Made by a program: the position numbers and the translations under genes. DNA of 64,000 nt from Planctomycetota bacterium (GTDB lineage: Bacteria > Planctomycetota > UBA1135 > UBA2386). Below are positions 1 through 9,218 of the stretch, in pieces. The stretch's first letter is position 1; every line of letters begins with the position of its first letter. Location: the NCBI GenBank assembly GCA_947501605.1, contig CANMWZ010000007.1, positions 32,001 through 96,000 of the forward strand, given 5' to 3'. The notes under the pieces are model-generated. The model was not told where the DNA came from. It searched no databases and saw only the letters and a list, made by a program, of their open reading frames with translations.

Positions 1-2
1 TC

Positions 3-134
3 ATCTGCATCTGCTGCTACGGCGAGGTGCTCGCTGCAGTCCAGTGCGATGCGTCGGCGCCGACCGATCGGATCCTTGCCGAACTGCAAGAAGTAGTCGC
101 CAGCTCGCTCTACGCGATGGGAGTGTCGCCGTGA
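3..134 (+). CDS. 3' end of a probable roadblock/LC7-domain protein (partial, runs off the window start)
   Basis: Frame from position 3 reads ICICCYGEVLAAVQCDASAPTDRILAELQEVVASSLYAMGVSP-stop, resembling the last strands and helix of a roadblock fold. Its TGA (132-134) overlaps the GTG start of the next gene. Not in the ORF track. Confidence 0.5.
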   Translation: MCICCYGEVLAAVQCDASAPTDRILAELQEVVASSLYAMGVSP

Positions 135-493
135 ACCCGATCCAAGAGACTCTCGACGATCTCCGTCGCACCGCCGGCGTAAAGGCCTGCATGCTCGTCA
201 TGGCCGACGGCCTCGTCGTCGCCGAGGCCCTGGGCGCTCGCTACCGCGAAGATGTGATCGCCGGCCTGTCGTCCTACTTGTCGATGACGGCCAACAAGGC
301 GCTCCACGAAGGCGGACTAGGCTCCTTCGAGACGTTCACGCTGCACGCCGCCCACGGCAAGGCCGTCTTCTGCGACATCGGCGAGAGCTTCCTGGTCGTC
401 CTGCTCGACCAGTTTGCGGACCTCGAGGCCGGTCGCAGCGAGATCCAGGGCGCCGTTCAGCGTCTGCGGCGCAGTTCTCGCCTCGGCTCCTGA
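131..493 (+). CDS. Roadblock/LC7 (MglB-like) domain protein
   Basis: GVKACMLVMADGLVV...GKAVFCDIGESFLVVL pattern. GTG at 131 is preceded by GGAG; the ORF-track start at 44 is probably too early. Confidence 0.85.
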   Translation: MNPIQETLDDLRRTAGVKACMLVMADGLVVAEALGARYREDVIAGLSSYLSMTANKALHEGGLGSFETFTLHAAHGKAVFCDIGESFLVVLLDQFADLEAGRSEIQGAVQRLRRSSRLGS

Positions 494-775
494 GCGAGGC
501 GGTCTTGGCGCCGCCTTGCCGCCGTCGCCACTCGCGCCAACACGGCGCGGATGTGGCGTCGTAGCCACTACTCGGCATCGACCGTTCCCGGCGCCGGGGC
601 TAGCCGTCGGCCCCGTTCTAGAACGGGGTGGAGCAGGATGCCGACTGCCTTGGATCTTTCGCTCAAGCAAAGGTGCGGGAAAGGCCGATCACCGATCGAC
701 GACCCGAGCTGGCGGCTCCGTGCTGGAGTCCGTGGAACCGAGTCGTCTCACCGCCTGCTGGGAGTGACCTGATTC

Positions 776-1813
776 ATGGTCCAGATCAACTTCGCACTGA
801 AGGAAGTCAACTGCAAGATCGTCTTCTACGGCCCGGGTATGAGTGGCAAGACCACCAACCTCGAGATCGTTCATCAGAAGGCGCCTGAGGAGAACAAGGG
901 CGAACTGACGTCGATCTCGACCGATGGCGACCGCACGCTGTTCTTCGACTTCATGCCACTCGACCTCGGCAACGTGGCTGGCATGCGAACGAAGTTCCAG
1001 CTCTACACGGTGCCTGGTCAGGTCTACTACAACTCGACGCGCAAGCTCGTGCTTCAGGGTGTCGACGGAGTCATCTTCGTCGCCGACTCGGATCCGGAGA
1101 AGATGCCGGAGAACATCGAGTCGTACCAGAACTTGATCGAGAACCTGACCGAGTACGGCAAGGACGTTCGCGAGCTGCCGCACGTCATCCAGTACAACAA
1201 GCGCGATCTGCCGAACGCGATGTCGGTCGAAGAGATGGACCGCCACTTGAACAAGTTCGGCGTGCCGACCTTCGAAGCGGTTGCTTACACCGGTGAGGGT
1301 GTGTTCCCGACGCTGAAGACGCTGGCCGGAATGGTGCTCGAGAGCATCGACCGCATGGACAGTCGCAACACCCGGCGCCCAACCGCGGAGGCCGCGCCAC
1401 GCGCTGCGGCGCCGCGCGCCGCCGCTCCGGCTCCCGCACCTGCTCCGGCTCGGGGTGGGGCACCGAAGCCCGCCGCCGGGCCGATGAAGAAGGCTGGAGC
1501 ACCAGCAGCCCGGAATGCACCAGCGCCGCAGAAGGCAGCCGCCGCGCCAGCTGGCGCCGCGCGTCCGGCCAAGAGCCAGGCGCTGGCTCCAGCTCCGAAG
1601 GGCAAGGCTCCGGCTGCGCGTCCAGCGACGCCCAGTCACGCCTCGCCGGCACCAGCCGCTGCCGTCCGCCGCCCAGGGACACAGGGTCGCCCGGCGCCGA
1701 CGCTGCAGAAGGCCAAGAAGGGCGGTGCCGGTGTGATCATCGGGCTGTCCGTCCTGTTGCTCGCCGCCGCTGCCGGCGTCGTCTGGTTCTTCACTCGCGA
1801 AAACCTGCTGTGA
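776..1813 (+). CDS. mglA: MglA-family small GTPase with Ala/Pro/Lys-rich linker and C-terminal transmembrane helix
   Basis: P-loop GPGMSGKTT, DRTLFFDFMPL, YTVPGQ, NKRD, EAVA. About 120 aa of low-complexity linker follows, then GVIIGLSVLLLAAAAGVVWFF. Confidence 0.92.
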   Translation: MVQINFALKEVNCKIVFYGPGMSGKTTNLEIVHQKAPEENKGELTSISTDGDRTLFFDFMPLDLGNVAGMRTKFQLYTVPGQVYYNSTRKLVLQGVDGVIFVADSDPEKMPENIESYQNLIENLTEYGKDVRELPHVIQYNKRDLPNAMSVEEMDRHLNKFGVPTFEAVAYTGEGVFPTLKTLAGMVLESIDRMDSRNTRRPTAEAAPRAAAPRAAAPAPAPAPARGGAPKPAAGPMKKAGAPAARNAPAPQKAAAAPAGAARPAKSQALAPAPKGKAPAARPATPSHASPAPAAAVRRPGTQGRPAPTLQKAKKGGAGVIIGLSVLLLAAAAGVVWFFTRENLL

Positions 1814-1829
1814 CCCGGAGGGCGCTGCC

Positions 1830-2348
1830 ATGACCAACCCCAAGAAAATGACGCGCAACGACAAGCTGCGTCACGACCGGCTCACCTTCTACAAGGACGA
1901 CATCGAGCAGATTGACAAGCTGCTCGCCGAGTTCCTGCGGCTGTCGGGCGCAAAGTGCGCGCTCCTCATCGACAAGGAAGGTCACCTGGTCACGAAGCGC
2001 GGTGAACTCCGCACCATAGACATTGACACGATCTCGGCGCTTGTTGCCGGGTCGTTTGCAGCGACCAAGGAGATGGCTCGGCTGCTCGGTGAAGAAGAGT
2101 TCACAGCGATGTACCATCAGGGTGAGCGCGACAACATCCAGCTCGGCCTCGTGGGGGATCGCACGCTGCTGACGATTCTGTTCGATGATCGCACGACGGT
2201 GGGCATGGTCCGCCTCTACGCCAACGAGACCGCAAAGAAGCTCGCGGACATCTACAAGGCGTCGATGAACCGCCAAGGCGATGACCCTGGTCTCGGCGAG
2301 GCCTACGGCCAAGACGCGAAGAAGTCGCTCGACAAGTTGTTCGACTGA
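1830..2348 (+). CDS. mglB: MglB-family roadblock protein (putative GAP of MglA)
   Basis: AKCALLIDKEGHLV, SALVAGSFAATKEMARLLGEEEF..YHQGE, ILFDDRTTVGMVRL, all typical of MglB. Confidence 0.92.
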   Translation: MTNPKKMTRNDKLRHDRLTFYKDDIEQIDKLLAEFLRLSGAKCALLIDKEGHLVTKRGELRTIDIDTISALVAGSFAATKEMARLLGEEEFTAMYHQGERDNIQLGLVGDRTLLTILFDDRTTVGMVRLYANETAKKLADIYKASMNRQGDDPGLGEAYGQDAKKSLDKLFD

Positions 2349-2386
2349 CGACTGCCGCAGCGATCAACGACGCGCGATCTTCCATG

Positions 2387-2428
2387 CACGCGGCGCGCAC
2401 CTCGAGCGATCGGGGTGCGCGCCGCGTG
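2387..2428 (+). terminator. 19-bp GC-rich hairpin with GCGA tetraloop downstream of mglB
   Basis: cacgcggcgcgcacctcga-gcga-tcggggtgcgcgccgcgtg (one G-U pair). No clear U-tract, so it may be a 3' stabiliser instead. Confidence 0.5.
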
Positions 2429-2549
2429 TGCATTCTGGATGGTCGTTGCGTCCTGTGTGCCGCGTGTCGTTCGGGCGCGTCGATTCTCGCTGCGATGCGA
2501 GTCCGCGCGATCGAAGTCCCTGCATGCGGCATCCTGCAGCAGCATCGCG

Positions 2550-2680
2550 GCGCCAAAAAGTTGGAGATTCTCGAAGAAAAATCGCAGTCCACCTCGAGGC
2601 CGTGTCGAGGCCATAAATGATGGCGATCTTCTCTGGATAGAATCGAGAAAAATAGCGATTCGCAAATCAATCGAAAAGCG
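2550..2680 (+). promoter_or_regulatory. AT-rich, A-tract-containing probable promoter region
   Basis: Visible drop in GC with several A4-A5 tracts and a TAGAAT -10-like hexamer at 2638-2643, upstream of the 26-aa ORF. Confidence 0.45.
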
Positions 2681-2827
2681 CGTGAGCGAGGTATGTGCCG
2701 GTGGCTGCGGAGTTTCCGGTGAATCTCGAATCACCATGCGCCGATCTACATCGGAGATCAGGCGCGGGTCTGCTTCGCCGTGTTGCGCCCACCCCTTGAT
2801 CCCACAACCCTAAACAAGGACTGAGAC

Positions 2828-2908
2828 ATGGCTGCCAAGAAGAAGACCACGAAGAAGGCGACGAAGAAGGCGACGAAGAAGGCTGGCAAGAAGAAGGCCA
2901 AGCGCTGA
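2828..2908 (+). CDS. 26-aa Lys-rich basic peptide (histone H1-tail-like)
   Basis: MAAKKKTTKKATKKATKKAGKKKAKR. AAGGA RBS 7 nt upstream, all Lys encoded by AAG, own downstream terminator. Below the ORF-track size cutoff. Confidence 0.75.
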   Translation: MAAKKKTTKKATKKATKKAGKKKAKR

Positions 2909-2918
2909 ACCGCCAGTA

Positions 2919-2934
2919 GGAGCCTTCGGGCTCC
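2919..2934 (+). other. cUUCGg tetraloop hairpin in the 3' UTR of the basic peptide gene
   Basis: ggagcc-ttcg-ggctcc. Confidence 0.6.
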
Positions 2935-2949
2935 GAACCAAAGCTTCAT

Positions 2950-2984
2950 ACGAGGCCCGGACTTGTCCGGGCCTCGTTCTTTTG
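2950..2984 (+). terminator. Rho-independent terminator
   Basis: acgaggcccgga-cttg-tccgggcctcgt followed by tcttttg. Confidence 0.8.
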
Positions 2985-3064
2985 TGGGGCGTGGGTTGCG
3001 CGGTTGCCCGAGTTCCCTGCCAGCCTTCCCCGCAGCCCTGCAATCCTCTCGCGCTTCGCCGGCC

Positions 3065-3090
3065 CAGAGTCAGTTGGCAGAGTCAGTTGG
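3065..3090. repeat. 13-bp tandem duplication (cagagtcagttgg x2)
   Basis: Exact direct repeat just downstream of the metG stop codon. Confidence 0.7.
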
Positions 3091-3115
3091 CCCCGCCCCG
3101 CGCAGCGGAGGGGAA

Positions 3116-5161
3116 TCAGTGCAGCCGGTGACCGGGCTTCGCGCCGCTGTCGGGCGACAGCAGGAAGGCTTCGCCATCGCCGCCAGCCGCGATGACCATG
3201 CCTTCGCTCAGGCCGAACTTCATCTGCCGTGGTGCCAGGTTGGCGACCATCACGACTAGGCGGCCGACGAGTTGTTCTGGCTGGTAGTAGGCCTTGATGC
3301 CGGCGAATACCGTGCGTCGCTCCGTGCCACCAAGGCTCAGCGTCAGCTTCAGGAGCTTCTTGGCTTCTGGCACCGCTTCGGCGGCCACCACGAGCGCGAT
3401 GCGCAAGTCGAGCTTGGTGAAGTCGTCGATGGCGATCGTCGGTTGCAGCGGTTCGGCCAACAGCGGGCCACCGTCGTCAACCGTCGACGCGGCGGCAGGC
3501 GGTGGAGTGGGGGCAACAGCCTCGGCCGCAGCCTTGGCCGCGGCGAACATCGCTTCGAGCTTCTCGGGTTCCATGCGGGTCATCATGTGCTGGAAGCGCG
3601 CGACACTTCGGCCAACAAGCGGCGTGGTGACCTGGTCCCAGCGGGTGATCGGTTCGCCCAACAACGTGCCAGTCTTGGCGGCCAGGTCCGGCAGCACCGG
3701 CGACAGGTAGACGCAGATCTGGCGGAAGAGGTTGAGGACGACCGTGCAGACGTCCTGCAGCTCTTTCGACCTGCCTGGGTCCTTCTTGATCGTCCACGGC
3801 GCCTTGTGCTCGACGTACTCATTGGCCGCGTCGGCCAGCACCATGCACAAGCGCGTCGCTTCGCGGTAATCGCAGGCCTCGTAGGCTGCGGCAATAGCCT
3901 CGCTCTGCGCCGCTGCACGTGCGAACAGCCCGCCGTCGTCCGGATACGTCGCCGAGAGGCCGGTGGTCTCGACGAATCGCGCGGATCGGCTTGCCAGGTT
4001 GACGACGCGGCCGACGAGGTCGCTGTTGACCTTGCCAACGAACTCGTCTGGCACGATGTCGAGGTCGTCGATCCTGGGGCCGAGTTTGCTGGCGTAGTAG
4101 TAGCGGAGGAAGCTCGGGTCGAGCTGGTCGAGGTACTGTCGCGCCGTCACGAAGGTGCCGCGCGACTTCGACATCTTCTCGCCGCCGACGCGCAGGAAGC
4201 CGTGGATGTGCACCCGCTTGGGCAGTTGGTAGCCGCCAACGTGCAGCATCGCTGGCCAGAACAGCGTGTGGAAGTACGTGATGTCCTTGCCCAGGAAGTG
4301 CACGACCTCGCACTCGGGGTTCTTCCACCAGCGATCCAGCGAGTCGCCCTTGGCCTTGCACCACTCGGCGGTCGCGGCGATGTAGCCGACGGGCGCGTCG
4401 AACCAGACGTACCAGAACTGGTTCTTGGCGTCGGGGATCTCGAAGCCGAAGTACGGCTCTGGCCGCGACACGTCCCAGTCCTGGAGCGGCTTGTCGAGGA
4501 AGTGGCCAGCCAGGTAGTTGGCGATCTCTGGCTGTAGCGCACCGCTCCGCTGCGTCCATGCGGTCAGGAAGTCCTGGAGTGGCGTCAGTTGGACGAACAG
4601 TTGCTTGCTGGGCCGCAACTCGGGCGTGGCGCCACTGTGCACACTGCGAGGGTTGACCAACTCGGTCGCGGCGTAGGTCGAACCGCACTTCTCGCAGTTG
4701 TCGCCGTACTGGTCTGGGGACGCGCATCGTGGGCAAGTGCCCCTTACGAAGCGGTCGGCGAGGAAGGTCTTCTGCTGCGGGTCGTAGAGCCGCTGCACTT
4801 CGCGCTCCACGACCATGCCGCGCTGGCGCAACGCCTGCCAGATGCCTTTGCAGACCTCGTAGTTGGTTGCGCTGTTGGTCGAGCCGTAGTGGTCGAACGA
4901 CACGCCAAAGGCCGCGAAGTCGCGCTGGTGCTCGTCGCTCGATGCGGCAATGAGCGCTTCGGGCGAACGCCCTTCCTTCTGCGCCCGGATCATGATCGCC
5001 GTGCCGTGAGTGTCATCGGCACACAGGAAGGCGACTTGGTGACCGCGCAGGCGCTGGAACCGCGCCCAGATGTCGGTCTGCAGGTACTCGACGAGATGAC
5101 CTAGGTGGATCGAGCCGTTGGCGTACGGCAGGGCGCTGGTGACCAGGATCTGGCGCGACAT
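3116..5161 (-). CDS. metG: Methionine--tRNA ligase with C-terminal tRNA-binding domain
   Basis: [15 protein letters not shown], zinc knuckles [24 protein letters not shown]-terminal DFTKLDLRI...[15 protein letters not shown]. Start set at MSRQIL. Confidence 0.97.
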   Translation of the reverse strand: MSRQILVTSALPYANGSIHLGHLVEYLQTDIWARFQRLRGHQVAFLCADDTHGTAIMIRAQKEGRSPEALIAASSDEHQRDFAAFGVSFDHYGSTNSATNYEVCKGIWQALRQRGMVVEREVQRLYDPQQKTFLADRFVRGTCPRCASPDQYGDNCEKCGSTYAATELVNPRSVHSGATPELRPSKQLFVQLTPLQDFLTAWTQRSGALQPEIANYLAGHFLDKPLQDWDVSRPEPYFGFEIPDAKNQFWYVWFDAPVGYIAATAEWCKAKGDSLDRWWKNPECEVVHFLGKDITYFHTLFWPAMLHVGGYQLPKRVHIHGFLRVGGEKMSKSRGTFVTARQYLDQLDPSFLRYYYASKLGPRIDDLDIVPDEFVGKVNSDLVGRVVNLASRSARFVETTGLSATYPDDGGLFARAAAQSEAIAAAYEACDYREATRLCMVLADAANEYVEHKAPWTIKKDPGRSKELQDVCTVVLNLFRQICVYLSPVLPDLAAKTGTLLGEPITRWDQVTTPLVGRSVARFQHMMTRMEPEKLEAMFAAAKAAAEAVAPTPPPAAASTVDDGGPLLAEPLQPTIAIDDFTKLDLRIALVVAAEAVPEAKKLLKLTLSLGGTERRTVFAGIKAYYQPEQLVGRLVVMVANLAPRQMKFGLSEGMVIAAGGDGEAFLLSPDSGAKPGHRLH

Positions 5162-5363
5162 CGGGGCGGTAACCTTAGCTGCCGCCTCAGCTGTCCGCAT
5201 CCATGCCATCGGCGCTTCCTCCGCGCCGCGTCTCAGGGGAGCGGGTCGCTTTGGCTTGCGGCATCTGCCGAACGGATTGTGGCGAAGTGGTTGGCTACGA
5301 CCGGCCCGCCTTCCCTTGTCCGTCAGGCCCTCGTATCCTCCCCGCCCTCACACCGAGCCGAAC

Positions 5364-6533
5364 ATGACCGACCAATACAAGGCCCTCGACTTCTACAACG
5401 TGGACGAACTCTACTCGGACGAGGAGCGGATGATCCGCGACACGGTCCGCGCCTGGGTGTCGGACCGGTTCATGCCCGTGATCGAGGAGCACAATCGGGC
5501 GGCGACGTTTCCGACGCACCTCATCCCCGAACTCGGCGAGCTGGGTGTCTACGGCGCTTCGCTGACGGGCTATGGCTGCGCCGGCCTGTCGCCGATGGCA
5601 AGCGGGTTGATCTGCCAGGAACTCGAGCGCGGCGACTCAGGGCTGCGCTCGTTCGTCTCGGTCCAGGGATCGCTTTGCATGTATCCGATCTGGGCGTGGG
5701 GCACCGAAGAGCAGAAGCAGAAGTACCTGCCGGGTATGGCCGCTGGCCGCATCATCGGCTGCTTTGGTCTGACCGAGGCCGACTTCGGCAGCAACCCAGG
5801 CGGCATGTTGACCAAGGCGGTCAAGGACGGCGATCACTTCGTACTGAATGGCAGCAAGTACTGGATCACCAATGGTTCGTGCGCCGACGTCTCGATCGTC
5901 TGGGCCAAGCTGGACGGGGCGATCCGCGGCTTCCTGGTCGACAAGGGCACGAAGGGCTTCGAGGGGCGCAGCATCAAGAACAAGTTCTCGTTGCGAGCGT
6001 CAGACACGAGCGAACTCATCCTCCAAGACGTCCGCATCCACAAGTCGCAGATCCTTCCCGGCGTCGAGGGTCTGAAGGGACCGCTCGGTTGCCTCACGCA
6101 GGCGCGCTACGGCATCTCGTTCGGCGCGATTGGCGCGGCGCAGGCAGCCTTTGACGAGGCCTGCCGCTACAGCCAGATGCGAATCATGTTCGACAAGCCG
6201 ATCGGTCGGTACCAGTTGGTGCAGAACAAGCTGGTCTGGATGGCCGCGGAGATCACCAAGGCCCAGCTGATGTGCTGGAAGCTCGCGAAGATGAAGGAGA
6301 ACGGCACGATGCAGCACTGGCACGTGTCGATGGCCAAGCGCAACAGTTGCTGGATGGCACTCGAGTGCTGCCGCCTCGGCCGCGACATCCTCGGCGCCAA
6401 TGGCATCACGGACGAGTACCAGATGATGCGCCACATGTGCAATCTGGAGTCGGTCATCACCTACGAAGGCACGCACGACATCCACGGCCTGATCATCGGT
6501 CGCCAGCTGACGGGCCTCGACGCGATCATGTGA
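5364..6533 (+). CDS. gcdH: Acyl-CoA dehydrogenase, glutaryl-CoA dehydrogenase-like
   Basis: ELERGDSGLRSFVSVQ, GCFGLTE..FGSNPGGM, FSLRAS, LGANGI, TYEGTHDIH. Confidence 0.85.
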   Translation: MTDQYKALDFYNVDELYSDEERMIRDTVRAWVSDRFMPVIEEHNRAATFPTHLIPELGELGVYGASLTGYGCAGLSPMASGLICQELERGDSGLRSFVSVQGSLCMYPIWAWGTEEQKQKYLPGMAAGRIIGCFGLTEADFGSNPGGMLTKAVKDGDHFVLNGSKYWITNGSCADVSIVWAKLDGAIRGFLVDKGTKGFEGRSIKNKFSLRASDTSELILQDVRIHKSQILPGVEGLKGPLGCLTQARYGISFGAIGAAQAAFDEACRYSQMRIMFDKPIGRYQLVQNKLVWMAAEITKAQLMCWKLAKMKENGTMQHWHVSMAKRNSCWMALECCRLGRDILGANGITDEYQMMRHMCNLESVITYEGTHDIHGLIIGRQLTGLDAIM

Positions 6534-6621
6534 TCGCGGCGTCGGCGCGTTCGCGTCATCGCCGCGCCCGCGAACCCGCGGCAGGGAACAACTCCAGCGA
6601 CGGGCTGCTACGCTCTCGGCC

Positions 6622-7179
6622 ATGGGCAAGGTCCGCGCCGAGATCGATGACGCGTTGCGCGCATTCTTGAACGCGCAGCACCTGTTTTTCGTTGCCACGG
6701 CGCCGAGTGGCGATGATGGCCACGTGAATTGCTCGCCCAAGGGCGGCGAAGCCCTCCAAGTTCTCGGTCCGACGACGGTGGCCTACGTCGATCGCGTCGG
6801 CAGCGGCATCGAGACGATCGCACACTTGCGCCAAAACGGGCGCATCGTGGTGATGGTGTGTGCGTTCGATGGCGCGCCTCGCATCGTGCGACTACACGGC
6901 CGGGGCTCGGTGCTGGAGCCGAACGACCCCGTGTTTGAGTCGCTGCTATCGGCGTGGGGCACGGTCCGACTGGGTGTGCGCAGCGTGATCCGAGTCGAAG
7001 TCGCCCGGATCTCCGACTCGTGCGGCTTCGGTGTGCCGCTCTACGCCTACGAAGGCGAGCGCGACACGATGGCGAAGTGGTGCGAGAAGAAGGGCGCAGA
7101 AGGTGTCGCTGCCTACGTGCGCGAGAAGAACGCCACCAGCCTCGATGGGCTACCTGGGATGCGATCGTCGGTGGACTGA
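6622..7179 (+). CDS. Pyridoxamine 5'-phosphate oxidase-family (FMN-binding split barrel) protein
   Basis: FFVATAP...HVNCSPKG, GSGIETIAHLRQNGRI, DSCGFGVP. Confidence 0.85.
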   Translation: MGKVRAEIDDALRAFLNAQHLFFVATAPSGDDGHVNCSPKGGEALQVLGPTTVAYVDRVGSGIETIAHLRQNGRIVVMVCAFDGAPRIVRLHGRGSVLEPNDPVFESLLSAWGTVRLGVRSVIRVEVARISDSCGFGVPLYAYEGERDTMAKWCEKKGAEGVAAYVREKNATSLDGLPGMRSSVD

Positions 7180-7310
7180 GTTGCCGCTGCCGCCGGTCTG
7201 CGCTTGGATTCCTCGTACCTCGTCGAAGGGGGCTAGCGGAGGACTTCGCCAGAGGGAACCGTGGTCAGAGGGGCGCGTCCTCTTTGGGCGCACAGAGGAG
7301 TGCGGGAGCA

Positions 7311-8894
7311 TCACTCGCCAACTCGCACCAGGACCAGCGAGTCGAAGCGGAACCAGGCCTTGCCGACGAAAGCGTGCACGTCGCAGGCGAGCTCGACGCT
7401 GCGCTGAAACTCGCCGACCTCGAACTCGCAAACCAGGGGCGTCCAGTTGGCGTTGCCCGACAGCCGCGCGCTAACGCCGTCACCGGCGCGAAGGCACACG
7501 CCGCCGTGCTCGGTGCCATCCTGATCCTTCGCCGGCGAGTCAACGTCGGCGCAGCGCGCTGTGCCGCGCAGCTCGTAGCGCCCTTTGCCAAGCAGCACGT
7601 GGGTGCGCCACACACCGCGACGCGGTTCCTCGCCCCGGTCGATGCAGTGGACGTACAACGAGGTCGCGCTCTGGAAGCTCTTCTTCGCGATCTCGACCCG
7701 CTCCGTCTCCGCCGCCGGGTGCCAGTTCTTCTGCGGCAGCGGCCTTCCGATCGTCAGTTGCAGCGGCTTCGGCTCGGGCGCCTTGACTTGCACTTGCAGG
7801 TCGCGGTAACGCGCCGCGAGACGCTGGCGGAGGCTCGTGACGGCATCGGCGTGCGCGCGCGCGCCGTCCTCGTCGATTGCCTTCCACTGCGCTTGCAGGG
7901 AGTCCGCGATCGCGTCGAGTCGCGCGCGCAGCGTGTCGGGCGCGAACAGCGGCAACAGGGCGCGCAGTCGCTCGCGGTAACGCTTGCGCAGCGCCGGCTG
8001 CTGCATGACGGCGCTGGCGACGATGGCAGGCGGGTGTTCGAGGATCGAGGCCTCGGTGTCCTGCAGCAGTTGGTCCATGCCGTGCGGCAGGAAGCAGGCG
8101 CGGCCGCCGGTAGGGAGGAAGAGGCGGAAGTTGTTGGCGTTGCGGGTGTAGCCATCCCAGTGGCCGAGCATTGCCTCGAGCGCGGCGAAGTCGAGGAATC
8201 GGTCGAGGTCGAGCGCGGCGTCGAGCTGCTGCAGGCGGTCGCGGTTCACACCGCTGCAGTGCGCTGCAAGTGCGCGCAAGTCACTGTGGTCGTCGGGACC
8301 ATCGCCAGCGTCTTTCTCGAGGTCCTGATCGACGTCCTGGCAGAAACCACCGTCGTAGAGGTTGCCCGCCTGGTCGCCGAACACCCGGCGCACGAACTGC
8401 TGATCGAAGGCCTCGCGGAACACGTAGACACCGAGGTCGCGGTTGCCTTCGCGCACCCGCGCGTGCGCCACCCGCGGTGCCGGGTAGCCGGCGCGCGCGA
8501 ACACCTCGTGACCGAGCCATTCAGAGAGGCGCGAGTCGTCTTGGATGCCATTGTTCAGGTGGAAGCGGCGCAGTCCGTGAAACGCACCCGTGCCACCGAA
8601 CTTGCCGAAGTGCACGGTGAATCCCGGCCGATCATCGAACTCCCGCGTGCTGCCGGCGGCGCCCTTCAGCTTGATGCCGACTGGCGAAAACGTCGTCCCG
8701 TCGAGTTGCAGCGTCGCTGTTACATACTCGCGCGGGCGCTCGCGCAGGTCCTGTCGCGAAGCCTCGGTCAGTTCGATGTGGACCTGCACGAACGGCAGCT
8801 TGGCAAAGAAGGCGCGGGCCGGATCCTCGCCCATGGCGGGCTTCTGTGGCGACGCCAGCAGCAAGCCTCCGAGCAGCGCACAGGAGAGGAGCAT
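7311..8894 (-). CDS. Secreted CotH-family kinase with C-terminal beta-rich extension
   Basis: Signal-like N-terminus; GIKLKG..GS, FHLNN..QD, GNLYDG, GHWDGY..NANNFRL, PHGMD. Confidence 0.85.
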   Translation of the reverse strand: MLLSCALLGGLLLASPQKPAMGEDPARAFFAKLPFVQVHIELTEASRQDLRERPREYVTATLQLDGTTFSPVGIKLKGAAGSTREFDDRPGFTVHFGKFGGTGAFHGLRRFHLNNGIQDDSRLSEWLGHEVFARAGYPAPRVAHARVREGNRDLGVYVFREAFDQQFVRRVFGDQAGNLYDGGFCQDVDQDLEKDAGDGPDDHSDLRALAAHCSGVNRDRLQQLDAALDLDRFLDFAALEAMLGHWDGYTRNANNFRLFLPTGGRACFLPHGMDQLLQDTEASILEHPPAIVASAVMQQPALRKRYRERLRALLPLFAPDTLRARLDAIADSLQAQWKAIDEDGARAHADAVTSLRQRLAARYRDLQVQVKAPEPKPLQLTIGRPLPQKNWHPAAETERVEIAKKSFQSATSLYVHCIDRGEEPRRGVWRTHVLLGKGRYELRGTARCADVDSPAKDQDGTEHGGVCLRAGDGVSARLSGNANWTPLVCEFEVGEFQRSVELACDVHAFVGKAWFRFDSLVLVRVGE

Positions 8895-9218
8895 GGTTGG
8901 GACTGGGAGTTCGAAGGCGTGGTGGTCCGGCGCGCCAGCGCGCGAAGCCGGCCGTAGCAGGTGGTGCTTTGGGCAGCGTTTTTAGCAGCAATGCCGCCGT
9001 CTGCACGCGCGCCAGCGTACCGGCGCGGGGTCTTTCCGACCGTCGGCTTCGTCGCGCGCGGCCTCGACGGCACTGCCGGACCATGATGCGTCGTACCCAA
9101 CCGCTGCGGGAGGCCTGTTGGCCCGTGCCGTTGCGGCAGTGGTCCTGTTGAGCCTGTCGCCGCGCACTCGACGCCCGTGCCGCGACTGCCGCGCAGGCCG
9201 ATTACGAGGGTTCGCGCC

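Noticed and set aside
3065..3090. 13-bp tandem repeat as a possible CRISPR remnant or insertion target duplication
   Set aside because: Only two adjacent copies, no spacer, and no cas or transposase gene.
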